Shown one piece after another: positions 18,180 to 28,240 of a stretch of DNA of 64,000 nucleotides. This DNA is from a virus: IMG/VR virus record IMGVR_UViG_3300001533_002283, positions 64,001 to 128,000 of that record. One strand, given 5' to 3'. The notes beneath the pieces were generated by a model. The model worked only from the letters and a program-made list of their open reading frames with translations, had not been told where the DNA came from and did not search any database. Each line of letters opens with the position of its first letter. Position 1 is the first letter of the stretch. A program made the translations under genes and the position numbers.

Positions 18180-19114
18180 TATGAAGATTTCAGTCCTTTG
18201 AAAATATGTTCAATGACGGCGACTGTCCAACCGTTTCCAATTGCGCGATACCTATTTGTCTTAGCTATAGCATTTGTGTAATTATCGGGCAGAGTTTGCA
18301 ACCTCTCACATTCTAGCGGAGTAAGCGTTCTGTAGTGCTCGCCACAAACTAACTTATGTTTCGTTCCTGGAGATTGAGCACAAAGAGTTGGATACTTTTC
18401 AACAAAGTAATAATCTTCTGTTATATATCCGTGAGGCAACCGATATAAAAGCATTTGGTTAACCCGTTTTTCCTTATAGTGTTTGAATGGAACGGACCTA
18501 TAAGAAGCGTTTAAAGATAAACTCTTTTCGCGATCAACCTCTACTAATTCGGGATTTTCCAAAATATCTTTAAGTAAAATTCCTTTATCTTCTGGCTGGG
18601 TTACATTCGGAATATTAGTCCAATACAAACGGTTTCTTTTTTGCGCGGAAACGAGAGCTGAATTTATCTTAATTGGTTGAACGCCAAGTGCTTCCGAAAT
18701 AACATTTTGATATTCCTCCTTCATCTTTACATTTTCAAGAAGAAATTTAATGTCAGGGTTTTTTACTTTAAGTTGTTTTAAAATATCAACAAAAACAAAA
18801 AATAATTTACTGCGTTCGTCGTTAAAATTAAGTTGTTTTCCACAAAAACTGAAACCTTGGCAAGGTGAACCCGCCGCGATTAGGTCAACTTTGGGCAGAT
18901 CATCTAAGTTGATTTTAGTTACATCACCTAATTGGATTGTCTCGGGCCAATTATGTTGAGTAACTTTAATTGCGTGTTTATCAATTTCAGAGGCAAAGTA
19001 TTTATTAACTTTGATTCCTGCGCGGTCAAGGGCAATTCTCGCGCAGGAAATCCCGTCGAAAAGACTCAGAACGTTGATTCCATCATTTTTGTCAGCATTT
19101 TCAGTATTGTTCAT
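18179..19114 (-). CDS. DNA cytosine-C5 methyltransferase
   Basis: LSLFDG, GSPCQGFS, ENV, QKRNRLYW, ECERLQ, IGNGW. Confidence 0.95.
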   Translation of the reverse strand: MNNTENADKNDGINVLSLFDGISCARIALDRAGIKVNKYFASEIDKHAIKVTQHNWPETIQLGDVTKINLDDLPKVDLIAAGSPCQGFSFCGKQLNFNDERSKLFFVFVDILKQLKVKNPDIKFLLENVKMKEEYQNVISEALGVQPIKINSALVSAQKRNRLYWTNIPNVTQPEDKGILLKDILENPELVEVDREKSLSLNASYRSVPFKHYKEKRVNQMLLYRLPHGYITEDYYFVEKYPTLCAQSPGTKHKLVCGEHYRTLTPLECERLQTLPDNYTNAIAKTNRYRAIGNGWTVAVIEHIFKGLKSS

Positions 19115-19154
19115 ATTTTTATTTTTATTATAAAGTTTATTCTATGTCAATTTA

Positions 19155-19571
19155 TCACAAATCCAAATCAAACTCTCTCTTAAACATTTCCTTGGTCAGT
19201 TCTTTTAAGTGTCGATTATTCAACTCTATAAACTTAAACCCATTTAACTCCGCAATCTCCATCTTCTCATAATCCGATTTTAATTTTTTCAAGTAACCAG
19301 CGCGACTACCATGCATAAATTGGTTGAATTGTAGGTGGACTTCATCGGGGGAGATTTCTAAAAAAATGCCCAAATTTAAGTTTACCAAATCTGCTCTGTA
19401 TAAAGTTTTTGGAAACCTGAATTCTGAAAGAACAACATGGTTTTTCCAAAATGGGTATAAGAATTTCCTTACCGCCGTTTCAGGTTTTGATCTTCCGTCT
19501 TTTGACCAGTCAATTTTATATTTGGCAGGATTAACATTAACTTGCTTGCCCGATTTAGTTTTCCACTTCAT
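19155..19571 (-). CDS. Vsr/DUF559-like endonuclease
   Basis: RSKPE, SEF, RADL, LEI...H, D..K...AELNG; coupled to recA. Confidence 0.65.
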   Translation of the reverse strand: MKWKTKSGKQVNVNPAKYKIDWSKDGRSKPETAVRKFLYPFWKNHVVLSEFRFPKTLYRADLVNLNLGIFLEISPDEVHLQFNQFMHGSRAGYLKKLKSDYEKMEIAELNGFKFIELNNRHLKELTKEMFKREFDLDL

Positions 19572-20707
19572 TAAATAAGAGATTTAAACTTATTCAGCAA
19601 CCAAGAGAACACCTCTTTGTTTTCACCTACATATTCGAACACCCCATTTAACCCTTGATGAAGAACTTTAATCTCTACCCCGTCTTTCTTCGCCTCCTCA
19701 ACCAAACTATCAGAGAATGAATACCATGCGCCTTTACGAGTTAGTTGCCCAAACTGCATGGCCATATCCACCACTTCTTTTTCTACCCAAATAGCGGAAC
19801 CAACGCGATTGCGTGAAATTGGAATCTTCACTTTCGTCCCGGTGACATCCGTTCCGGACTTGCGGATTTCGATGGTAGAATACACTCCTAATGTTTTGTT
19901 TTTTACGGGATCGGGCTTTTCGTCCGGTTTTTCTAGAATGTAGTCGCCTTGGTAGCGCGGGCAATAGTAAAGAACATAATCGCTTTGGTGTCCAATGGCT
20001 GAACCGCCGCTGCCCTCTACTTGGCGGGGAACGTCCTTAGCGTAAGGGTCAATCTTGATATTTGCGCTATATTGACTGGTAACAATCATTAGAGCATCAT
20101 AATGGGTAAGAGGGAGGGCAAAGCGTTTGAATAAAAGTTTAGATAACAAAGGGACGCCCGCCACCTTCACTGATTCAGTTCCCCATACGTTCTTCTGGGC
20201 GTCAGATTTAAGAATTGTTCCATCAAGTGAATCCCAAATGATACAAAGTTGCTCGCCCAATTCATGCATTGTTTTAAGCAAATCTTCTAGCGCGGAAGCG
20301 ATAGTCTCAAAATAATTCACCGCCCACACAAAAACGGTTCCATACTCCCATTGCTTGGGGTCGGTTACAAATTTGTGACCACTACGTTTTTGAATGTCGG
20401 GAGACAAACGGGCTTCGGCTTTAATATAGATTGTTTTACCCTTGGGAAACGCTTTGTGAAAATTATCCGCAAGAACAAATGCTTCTGAGGTTTTCCCAAG
20501 TTCGGCCCCCGCACCACAAAGACGAATGATAGAGCCACTACGAATAGTGATTAAAGAGTCGAGGATAAGACTGCCGGTAGAAATAGGGAGATTTTGTGCG
20601 ACTACGTTATTGTAGTGGTCCCCTTTATTTAGAGTCAGGAGAGCGCCAAGAGCGTCATTGCTTGAGGGTTGTTCGTTGTTACCTTCTTCTTTTTTAGATT
20701 TTGCCAT
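19571..20707 (-). CDS. recA: RecA recombinase
   Basis: ISTGSLILD, GKTS, IIWDSL, GGSAI, GAWYS. Confidence 0.9.
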   Translation of the reverse strand: MAKSKKEEGNNEQPSSNDALGALLTLNKGDHYNNVVAQNLPISTGSLILDSLITIRSGSIIRLCGAGAELGKTSEAFVLADNFHKAFPKGKTIYIKAEARLSPDIQKRSGHKFVTDPKQWEYGTVFVWAVNYFETIASALEDLLKTMHELGEQLCIIWDSLDGTILKSDAQKNVWGTESVKVAGVPLLSKLLFKRFALPLTHYDALMIVTSQYSANIKIDPYAKDVPRQVEGSGGSAIGHQSDYVLYYCPRYQGDYILEKPDEKPDPVKNKTLGVYSTIEIRKSGTDVTGTKVKIPISRNRVGSAIWVEKEVVDMAMQFGQLTRKGAWYSFSDSLVEEAKKDGVEIKVLHQGLNGVFEYVGENKEVFSWLLNKFKSLI

Positions 20708-20763
20708 GATGTTATATGTTTTTATTATATTGTATTGTTCTAATTAAAGTTAATTTACTTCAT

Positions 20764-21324
20764 TCACCCCAACAAGTCAAGAAGATTCTTCGCTTTCTTT
20801 TTCTGAACGGGCAAGTCTTCTACAACTTTTTCGGCCTCAAGTGAAATGGTCTGGACCGGCTTGGTCAAATCCACCGCCCAATTTTTATACAATTGCTCAA
20901 CTTCGGGTCTGTTCAACCAATAAAACACGGTGTTGGCTTTAATGACAGGTTTAAATCCCTCAAGAAGAAACTCTACATGAGGAAATTTCTTAACAAGTTT
21001 TGCCACCCCAATAATCTCTCGTTTAAAATTATCCCTAATACTATCTTCCGTTACCAAATTCTTCAAGATTTCCCCACGCTGTTTCGCTGTAATCTTGAAC
21101 TTTGTTCTATCGTCAACCTTCTCTGGTTTAACCACTGCCTCTTCCTCTACCTTCTCCACCTCACTCATTTCCACCACCCGTTTCTCCCGTTCCCCGCGCC
21201 CGCGACGAGACTCTAGGAGGGATAACTGGGTGAAGAAAATAGACTCGATTTTATACAGCTTATTAGGGTCGCTAATATCGGTCTTTAGCTTTACTTTATC
21301 ACCAATTTTAAAATTTTCGAGCAT
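20764..21324 (-). CDS. hypothetical protein
   Basis: Tightly packed ORF. Confidence 0.65.
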   Translation of the reverse strand: MLENFKIGDKVKLKTDISDPNKLYKIESIFFTQLSLLESRRGRGEREKRVVEMSEVEKVEEEAVVKPEKVDDRTKFKITAKQRGEILKNLVTEDSIRDNFKREIIGVAKLVKKFPHVEFLLEGFKPVIKANTVFYWLNRPEVEQLYKNWAVDLTKPVQTISLEAEKVVEDLPVQKKKAKNLLDLLG

Positions 21325-21337
21325 CGGTATAAATTAT

Positions 21338-22453
21338 TTATTCTTTCACACAGTTATTATAATCAACTCTAGCATAATTTGGTATTCCGAGTCCCGTTAA
21401 TCCCATATAAAGAAATGTTACTTTTTTACCAATCCATTGCTTTTTATTTTTCAAAAACTCCACGCCCTCTTCGTAAGTTCCTTTAAAAGTAGCATCAAAT
21501 ATTTTCCCATTCCAATTAAGAGTAATCCTCTTTCCTGTTCCCGCCCAATCGCCGACCCCTTCCGTAATGTCAAGAATAACTGCCTCGCTGTCATCTTCTG
21601 ATTTTAATTTTAATAAGTTGGAACTTCGTTTGTTCTCATAGGGTGAATCGGGAACTCTGATGATTGCGCCCTCTTCTTGGTTTTCGATGAGCTTGTTAAA
21701 ATGCTTATAAACCTCCTCTTCGTTATTGCAAACGATTGTATTTACCTCTTTATAATAAGGATTTCCAGTCAAATTTTTTGCAATAGTTTTAACTCGCTCG
21801 GAATAAGGAGATTCTTTTGTCAAACCATCAAAATTATACCCGTCGTAAACGTGATATTTTACCAATTCTTTACTTTTTAATAAATCATCATCGCTGATAT
21901 GAACCGTCTTGCGGATTAACTTCATCGTTTCGTTCAATCTAGTTTTCATTCCGTCCCCCATCAACTCGCCATCAAGAACCGCGTCGGGGTATTTTTGAAA
22001 AAAATCAATTAAAGACCCCTCGATGTGTGGCGCGCTAATGAATCGCTCGCCTTTTCTAGAAAATAATCCGCTTCTTGTTGCGACGCAGCGACTTCCATTG
22101 TATTTTAATTGGAGGTAAAGAGGGTATTTAAGTTTGCCCTTCCTGTCTTCAAACTTTTTCGCTAACATCGGACTGACATACAACTCTTTATCAATATCTT
22201 TAACACTCTCGAAATAACCGGCTTTTAGTTGTTTGAGGTATAAAGAGGAAATTTCTTTCTCCACTTGTTCTACGCTTGTGGTTTCATTTGTGCGACCAAC
22301 ATTTTTCCCATCGCAGTAAACCCATCCGGTTTGGACTAATTTACCATCAAGCAACCCGTAAGATTGGCGATAGGCGCTTTCTTCCTGTTCAACATACCAG
22401 ATTCGAGTGCCGCCATTTGAGTCGCGGGAGTAAAGAGTTTTGTGAGTTATCAT
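21338..22453 (-). CDS. ATP-dependent DNA ligase
   Basis: PMLA, KYNGSR (KxDG variant), LDGEL, YHVYD, EGAIIR, LLKLK. Confidence 0.92.
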   Translation of the reverse strand: MITHKTLYSRDSNGGTRIWYVEQEESAYRQSYGLLDGKLVQTGWVYCDGKNVGRTNETTSVEQVEKEISSLYLKQLKAGYFESVKDIDKELYVSPMLAKKFEDRKGKLKYPLYLQLKYNGSRCVATRSGLFSRKGERFISAPHIEGSLIDFFQKYPDAVLDGELMGDGMKTRLNETMKLIRKTVHISDDDLLKSKELVKYHVYDGYNFDGLTKESPYSERVKTIAKNLTGNPYYKEVNTIVCNNEEEVYKHFNKLIENQEEGAIIRVPDSPYENKRSSNLLKLKSEDDSEAVILDITEGVGDWAGTGKRITLNWNGKIFDATFKGTYEEGVEFLKNKKQWIGKKVTFLYMGLTGLGIPNYARVDYNNCVKE

Positions 22454-22470
22454 TTTTTGTTGTTTTAAAA

Positions 22471-23004
22471 TTATTTCATTAGCATCTCGGGATTTATAAA
22501 CACGTTCCCCACTACCTCATACTCATAATGGTTTTTAACTAGCGCTGTGGAAGCCACCCCACTCTCTTTCCACGCATCGCAAACCCAAGTGTATATCACC
22601 TTATATTGGCAAAAATCAACATCATAACCGACAATTCCCCGCGCGTAAATTATATCGGGGGAGGGAAGAGGTTTGGAAGTATCCAAATGGTAAATCCCCT
22701 CACCCATTTTCGTCCGCTCGAATTTGATGGGGTATAGAGCTATTACGTCGCCGTCGTAAATCTCCTTTCTATTTTTGTCTAGAAGTCCGGTGAATTGTTG
22801 AACAGTGTATCCAATACGGGGTCCGGGCCAAGAAACATGATGTGCGAATTGCTGTTGATTCTTTCCTTTGTTTACAAACCATTGCCCATTAAGAGTTAAA
22901 ACGGAAGGTTCGTATGCTTCGGCAACAATATAGGGATTGTCTCGTGGATAAACAAAGATTTTGTTTAAATTATCCCAAACACGAAATTTAATAGGTTGGC
23001 TCAT
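22471..23004 (-). CDS. YopX family protein
   Basis: IKFRVWD, QFTGLLDKNRKEIYDGD, EVVGNVF.NPE. Confidence 0.85.
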   Translation of the reverse strand: MSQPIKFRVWDNLNKIFVYPRDNPYIVAEAYEPSVLTLNGQWFVNKGKNQQQFAHHVSWPGPRIGYTVQQFTGLLDKNRKEIYDGDVIALYPIKFERTKMGEGIYHLDTSKPLPSPDIIYARGIVGYDVDFCQYKVIYTWVCDAWKESGVASTALVKNHYEYEVVGNVFINPEMLMK

Positions 23005-23010
23005 GGGGTG

Positions 23011-23529
23011 TTACTTGATATTTATTTTGCACCATTTCCTTAATTTTGTCAATCCCGTTTTACTCCCGATGTTAAACAAAACTATCTTCTCCTTCTTACT
23101 AATCTCTATTCCAGTGGCAGAACCCCCAACCACCTCGCCTTCGGGCGTCCAGCACACGGCCAAATGGCTAAGTGTTTGGTTATCGGAACCTAGTAAAATT
23201 CCCACGTTTCGAGCGTGAAAGATTTTATGATTAAGTTTTAAATTATCCCAGTGTTTGACATATTGGGAAGCAATTTTCCAGTTTTCTTCGGTGTGTAAAA
23301 TACCATTATAATGATTGTTATAACCTTGCCAAGGTAAATAAAGTTGGATGTTAGACTCTTTCTCTGCCTTAACAAACCCAAGTCTCGCCGCCTCGTCACA
23401 ACCAATCGCTCCGCCCGTTCTGAGAACCCATCCTTTCTTTGCGAAAAACTCGGCGATTTTAGTTAAGTTTCCCAAGACTTCGGGAGGTGCGTCACGGGAG
23501 CCCCATATTGAGATGATTTTACTTTTCAT
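23011..23529 (-). CDS. SLOG/DprA-like nucleotide-binding protein
   Basis: GSRDAP, LRTGGAIGCD, YLPW, ARN, CWTP.G...GGSA. Confidence 0.75.
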   Translation of the reverse strand: MKSKIISIWGSRDAPPEVLGNLTKIAEFFAKKGWVLRTGGAIGCDEAARLGFVKAEKESNIQLYLPWQGYNNHYNGILHTEENWKIASQYVKHWDNLKLNHKIFHARNVGILLGSDNQTLSHLAVCWTPEGEVVGGSATGIEISKKEKIVLFNIGSKTGLTKLRKWCKINIK

Positions 23530-23532
23530 ATT

Positions 23533-23823
23533 TTAACCGGGATTACCACCAGAACAAATAGCAATATTTAAATTATCTTCTCGTTTAATTATTTCTACCG
23601 CTACCGCGAATAACTCGTTCGGGTTATTACCTCCATCTACCAAAATCTTTCCTAACTTCAATGCCGCCGCAAGAACATTGCAATTATCCTCCTTCATGTG
23701 AAACCTGATATATTTTTCGTAATCTGCAACAATACCCTGCCATTTATTCCCGCGCAAATCACGATAAAACTCCCAGCGTTTTTCAAGATCAAAAAGCAAA
23801 TTAATTTCTTTTTGAGTTAGCAT
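23533..23823 (-). CDS. hypothetical protein
   Basis: Tightly packed ORF. Confidence 0.6.
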   Translation of the reverse strand: MLTQKEINLLFDLEKRWEFYRDLRGNKWQGIVADYEKYIRFHMKEDNCNVLAAALKLGKILVDGGNNPNELFAVAVEIIKREDNLNIAICSGGNPG

Positions 23824-23824
23824 T

Positions 23825-23995
23825 TTAAACAGCGTCTCGCAAATTCATTAGCCGCATTCTTTCTTCTAATAGCTCATCAACTCTTTTATACCACTTAGCC
23901 TTATCTTCATTCGTCCGCGCGTCAATCCAAAATGTGCGGGTCATAGAAATGGTTTTATCCAATTCTTCAATTAGTTTAATATATTGGTTGGTCAT
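23825..23995 (-). CDS. small hypothetical protein (56 aa)
   Basis: MTNQYIKLIEELDK...LRDAV*; exactly fills the gap. Confidence 0.6.
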   Translation of the reverse strand: MTNQYIKLIEELDKTISMTRTFWIDARTNEDKAKWYKRVDELLEERMRLMNLRDAV

Positions 23996-24000
23996 AAGTG

Positions 24001-24399
24001 TTATGCCTTTTTGTTCTTCAACGACTCTAGTTTCTCCTTAGCTTCTTTCAAATTCCGTTCTGCCCGCTCTAAATCGTATTTCGCCTGACGGGCTTTTCTC
24101 AACTCTTCTTTCTTATCTCGTTTGATTTTTTGTTCGGCTTGCAGGCCCGCACCGTCGATTACCGACTCACCACGAACGAACTTACTAATTTGAATAAGTG
24201 GTTTAATTTGTTCGGGAATGTGGCCGAACCCGGATTTGGCGGTGCCGAGGGTGTAATAAATCTTTTTGGGCGGTTTCCAACCTTGAAGGCAGTTGCCCCC
24301 ATAACCTTTCCAATATTTTTTAAAAGAATCTGGGGTTAAAATTTCGCCGGAGTTTTTAAAAGTTAGAGCGAACAGTTCGGTGTAGATTTTAGGTTTCAT
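24001..24399 (-). CDS. hypothetical protein with C-terminal coiled coil
   Basis: Tightly packed ORF. Confidence 0.65.
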   Translation of the reverse strand: MKPKIYTELFALTFKNSGEILTPDSFKKYWKGYGGNCLQGWKPPKKIYYTLGTAKSGFGHIPEQIKPLIQISKFVRGESVIDGAGLQAEQKIKRDKKEELRKARQAKYDLERAERNLKEAKEKLESLKNKKA

Positions 24400-25037
24400 T
24401 AGTAATTCAACGATTCCGAAATAACAGGAAATTGGGTTTTAAAAAGTTCACGAATTGCCAACGCAATATCCCGATGTTCTTTTTGTGTGTGCGTATCGCA
24501 ACGCACCTCAAAGTAATGAAGCCAACTACGAACAGTTCCAGACATATAAAGCGTTGTAGTCGTATTTAAGGGGAGAATCATACGAGCACATTCTTTGGCA
24601 ATTCCCTCCCCGATTAGTTGGTTATATGCCATTTCAGCAGATTTTTGCGCAAGTTCGACCATTGCCGCTGCTTTGTCACTCAATAATACATCGGAGTCGC
24701 CTACTTGACGATTAGTTTTGCCTTGCGCCCGCCACTCAAGTTGCTCGGCTCCGGATACTTGCGCATATCGTTGGGATAATTCCTGAAACGAAAAAGATTT
24801 GTGGCGAAGAATTTGGGCCGCTATTGCGCGAGAGGTTTTAATTTCTACGCAAAGGGAAGCTTGTTCAAAGATTGACCAATGTTTATTATTAATACAATAT
24901 TTGATAAGTTTCGCGCCAGTCTCCACGTTTAGTTGATTAGAGGGATTTGAAACGCGGGCGTTATGAACAATTAGCTCTTCGGCTGTTTTAATGCCCTCAA
25001 CGAGGGGCTGTGTGATTGAAATTAGTTTAACTTTCAT
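24399..25037 (-). CDS. thyX: FAD-dependent thymidylate synthase
   Basis: HWSIFE, QILRHKSFSFQELSQRY, KECARMILP, TQKEHR. Confidence 0.95.
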   Translation of the reverse strand: MKVKLISITQPLVEGIKTAEELIVHNARVSNPSNQLNVETGAKLIKYCINNKHWSIFEQASLCVEIKTSRAIAAQILRHKSFSFQELSQRYAQVSGAEQLEWRAQGKTNRQVGDSDVLLSDKAAAMVELAQKSAEMAYNQLIGEGIAKECARMILPLNTTTTLYMSGTVRSWLHYFEVRCDTHTQKEHRDIALAIRELFKTQFPVISESLNY

Positions 25038-25042
25038 AAATT

Positions 25043-25630
25043 TTAAATTTCTATATGTCTCCAAGTTTTATTATGTTTTATTGCCCATACCAAAGATTTT
25101 GACACCCCTCTGTTTTTTGCGACTTCGGATTGCCTTTCCCCATTCGCCAGATCAATTTTAATTAATTTCGCCAATTCATTGGAAATGCTTGCCAAATTAC
25201 TTTCCTCGCCCAAAGGCATCGTTCCATGAGTGAATTTATCATGTATATTTTCTTTTTGGGTTTTATACTCTAAATTATCTGCACAGTCGTTGTTTTTATT
25301 GCCGTCTTTATGCGTTATAACCAAACCCTTTGGCTTCGGTCCAATCCAATAAAAAGATACCAATTCATAGAACTTTATACTCTTCACTGTTCTTGTCCCA
25401 TTTTCATTTTTGCATAAAAGAAACCTTCTGTATCCATCCTTATCAAGACCCCCTTTCAAAATACGAAAATCATCCAATCGGAATCTTTCTTTTTGTCTTC
25501 CCCCGATTGGAGTAAAGGAGCGGACTCTCCCAAAACTACTGATGTCGTAATTCGGAAAATCTACTATGCGCTTCCACTCCTCACCATCCAATTGTTTTTC
25601 AGTAGATAGGCTTATAGTGTTTACTTCCAT
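25043..25630 (-). CDS. NUMOD4-HNH homing endonuclease with C-terminal HTH
   Basis: EEWK.I.DFPNYDISSFGRVRS; HKDGNKNND..DNLEY.T..EN. Confidence 0.85.
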   Translation of the reverse strand: MEVNTISLSTEKQLDGEEWKRIVDFPNYDISSFGRVRSFTPIGGRQKERFRLDDFRILKGGLDKDGYRRFLLCKNENGTRTVKSIKFYELVSFYWIGPKPKGLVITHKDGNKNNDCADNLEYKTQKENIHDKFTHGTMPLGEESNLASISNELAKLIKIDLANGERQSEVAKNRGVSKSLVWAIKHNKTWRHIEI

Positions 25631-26328
25631 AAAGTTACAATATTTGTTGATATATTTGTCCCAGACTCTTTAAAAACACGCTCGGGAACAGACTCAAATT
25701 CCCATTTTTTATCCGAAATAAAATTTACAAATTTCTTGTCAGTCAAAGAATTTGGCGTAATGCAAACAACCTTACCACCCATTTTTACAAAATCGTAGGC
25801 GTGAATAAGATGGCTGATCCATTGCCGCTTACAAAAGGGAGGGTTCATTATCGCCACATCTACTTGATTATCAGGGCTTACCTTTAAAAAATCCGCTTTA
25901 ACAACATTGAGCCCATCACAATTTTCGGGTAAAATATCAACTCCGGTAACTTCCCTCGCCCCTTGCTTAACACACTCGCGCATAACCCGCCCGTCTCCGC
26001 AACTTGGTTCTAAAACCGTTTTGCCTTTTACATCGGCCAGAGAAACAATTTTTTCAACCAACCATTGGGGAGTATAAAACTTTTGTGTTAATTTCTTTTC
26101 ATCAACCGCCACTCCCTCCTCAATGGCGAACAAAAGTTTGTTGGGGTCGCTCTTGAAGATGTGACAACCTTCCTTTCGGGACCATTCCGCATTAACATTT
26201 AAGAGGAAATCCTTAACTTTTTTATACGTCTTGGGATCAAGTTGCCCAGTGAGAAACAACTTGTTCCCTTCAATTCGCGCGGCGCGTAATACTGATTCAA
26301 TTTCTGGTGTTAGTTTTTGGTTAGCCAT
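25621..26328 (-). CDS. N6-adenine-type DNA methyltransferase
   Basis: FYTP, VLEPSCGDG, MNPPF, FKESGT; start moved to MANQK. Confidence 0.85.
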   Translation of the reverse strand: MANQKLTPEIESVLRAARIEGNKLFLTGQLDPKTYKKVKDFLLNVNAEWSRKEGCHIFKSDPNKLLFAIEEGVAVDEKKLTQKFYTPQWLVEKIVSLADVKGKTVLEPSCGDGRVMRECVKQGAREVTGVDILPENCDGLNVVKADFLKVSPDNQVDVAIMNPPFCKRQWISHLIHAYDFVKMGGKVVCITPNSLTDKKFVNFISDKKWEFESVPERVFKESGTNISTNIVTLWK

Positions 26329-26332
26329 AGTA

Positions 26333-26605
26333 TCACTTATAGAGGCCGAACAAAGAACCAAGTTTCTTGCACTCTTCGTTAAACTTTTCCTGACTAGTTT
26401 CAAGATGTTTGGCGTTCAACAAACCAATTGCATTACCCATGATTTTAACAAGAAGCACTTCGTTGGCATCACGGTCAGAGTCAAACACAGAGTTAGTCTC
26501 AAATGTTCTGGGTTTGACTTTTCGTGGAAGCTGTCCCGCCCCATTAACGGAATATGTAGAGCCATCGGCGTCTGTTGATGATAGTAGTAGTTTTATTGAT
26601 TTCAT
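26333..26605 (-). CDS. hypothetical protein
   Basis: Tightly packed ORF. Confidence 0.55.
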   Translation of the reverse strand: MKSIKLLLSSTDADGSTYSVNGAGQLPRKVKPRTFETNSVFDSDRDANEVLLVKIMGNAIGLLNAKHLETSQEKFNEECKKLGSLFGLYK

Positions 26606-26640
26606 ATTATTTTTATATTTTTTGTTACCGTATAAACTTT

Positions 26641-26886
26641 TTAATTGCTTAATTTTTGAATATCTCTTTCGATTCTCTCTCGCTGAATCAACAAGTCATT
26701 TAGCTTTTTCTGTCGTTCCTTATCGCTCTTTTTTCTGACCTCACCAATCTGAATATCAATCAAGTCGCGGCCCCAGTTTGAGCAAACTTCCGGGGAAACA
26801 CATGCCAAGTTACTCGTCCCGCCAGCGTTCAATAACATCAGGATAAAATTTAGGCGGTCGGTATCGGTGGGGGTGGTATCACTCAT
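26641..26886 (-). CDS. hypothetical protein
   Basis: Tightly packed ORF. Confidence 0.6.
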   Translation of the reverse strand: MSDTTPTDTDRLNFILMLLNAGGTSNLACVSPEVCSNWGRDLIDIQIGEVRKKSDKERQKKLNDLLIQRERIERDIQKLSN

Positions 26887-26888
26887 GG

Positions 26889-27098
26889 TTAGTCTCTGTG
26901 GCGAGCATTCACCTTTTCCGCGATCTCGTCAAGTTCTTTTTCAGCAAGAAGTTTCTTGTATGAAGCGACGACCCAACGGGTGGCTTCAAGGGTTGTCATT
27001 TCGTCGTCTTGACAAAACTCTTCAACATATCCCGCGATTTGACCAAGCATGGCGGAGTGGGATTCTAATTCTTTAATTCGTTCGGGAGTGGGGTCCAT
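26889..27098 (-). CDS. hypothetical protein
   Basis: Tightly packed ORF. Confidence 0.6.
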   Translation of the reverse strand: MDPTPERIKELESHSAMLGQIAGYVEEFCQDDEMTTLEATRWVVASYKKLLAEKELDEIAEKVNARHRD

Positions 27099-27101
27099 GA
27101 G

Positions 27102-28208
27102 TTATTCTTTATAATTCTTAATATCGTGTTGAACCATTCTCCACACCAAATCTTTAAACTTAACCTTTGGCTCCCAACCTAAGTCCTCTTTAATTTTCTT
27201 TGGTGTTCCATGCAAATAAACAACATCGGCAGGACGATAAAACTTTTCGTCAATTTGCACGGCCAAAACCTGACCATTTAAAATATAACCCTTTTCGTCT
27301 TTGCCCTCCCCTTGCCAAGATAAAGAAAAACCAGCGGCAAAAAATGCAAGTTCAATTAGTTCTTTAACCGTGTGGGTTTCTCCAGATGCCAAAACATACT
27401 CTCTAAGAAAAGAAACGGCGTATTCAGAATAATTTCCTTCTGTATAAAATTTTGGATTTAAATCTTTACGATAATTCTCTTGGTTCATCATCATCCAGAT
27501 TGCTTCCATGAAATCAGGGGCGTAACTCCAATCGCGCTTTGACTCAATATTACCAACGGAAATAGGAGCAGGAATTTTACCTAACTGATTTGTCTCGTGA
27601 TAAATTCTTGCAACTTCACTACTAATTTTTCGGGGCAGAAATGCCTTGGACCTGCGTTCGGACTCATGATTAAATAAAATCCCATGAATTGCATATAGAT
27701 TATAACTCTTTCTGTAACAATTAACTAGGTGACACGCGGCAATCTTCGACGCGGCGTATGGACTTTTAGCGGATTGAATGTGAAGTTCATCCATTGGAAG
27801 ATAGACCGGTTCAGAAAATTGCTCAGAAGTTCCAGCCGAGTAGAAACGGCAAGATGGTTGATAGAGTCGAATTGCTTCAAGACAGTTAAGAACCCCTACT
27901 GCATTAGTTTGAAAAGTAGCGGCAGGAATTAACCAACTTTCGGCAACGTGACTTTGGGCGCAAAAATTAAAAAAATATGCAGGTTTGTGGTCCTGAATTA
28001 GCTTATTGACCGCGACAGGATCGGTAATATCGGCAGAAGCAACTTTAAACCGAGGGTTATTCAAAAGGTGTTTGTAATTTACTTCATTAGGATTACTTTG
28101 TCGGCGTAATACTCCCACAATATTCATATCAGTATTTTCCAAGAGATAATCTGCCATGTGAGGAGCGTCCATTCCTGACATGCCCGTAATGATTGCAATT
28201 TTTGACAT
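27102..28208 (-). CDS. gmd: GDP-mannose 4,6-dehydratase
   Basis: ITGMSGMD, AQSHV.ES, AGTSE, SPYAASK, GILFNHESERR, KRDW, YRPADV..L.G. Confidence 0.92.
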   Translation of the reverse strand: MSKIAIITGMSGMDAPHMADYLLENTDMNIVGVLRRQSNPNEVNYKHLLNNPRFKVASADITDPVAVNKLIQDHKPAYFFNFCAQSHVAESWLIPAATFQTNAVGVLNCLEAIRLYQPSCRFYSAGTSEQFSEPVYLPMDELHIQSAKSPYAASKIAACHLVNCYRKSYNLYAIHGILFNHESERRSKAFLPRKISSEVARIYHETNQLGKIPAPISVGNIESKRDWSYAPDFMEAIWMMMNQENYRKDLNPKFYTEGNYSEYAVSFLREYVLASGETHTVKELIELAFFAAGFSLSWQGEGKDEKGYILNGQVLAVQIDEKFYRPADVVYLHGTPKKIKEDLGWEPKVKFKDLVWRMVQHDIKNYKE

Positions 28209-28240
28209 AATGTTATTATTGTTTATTTCCCCCAATTAAG

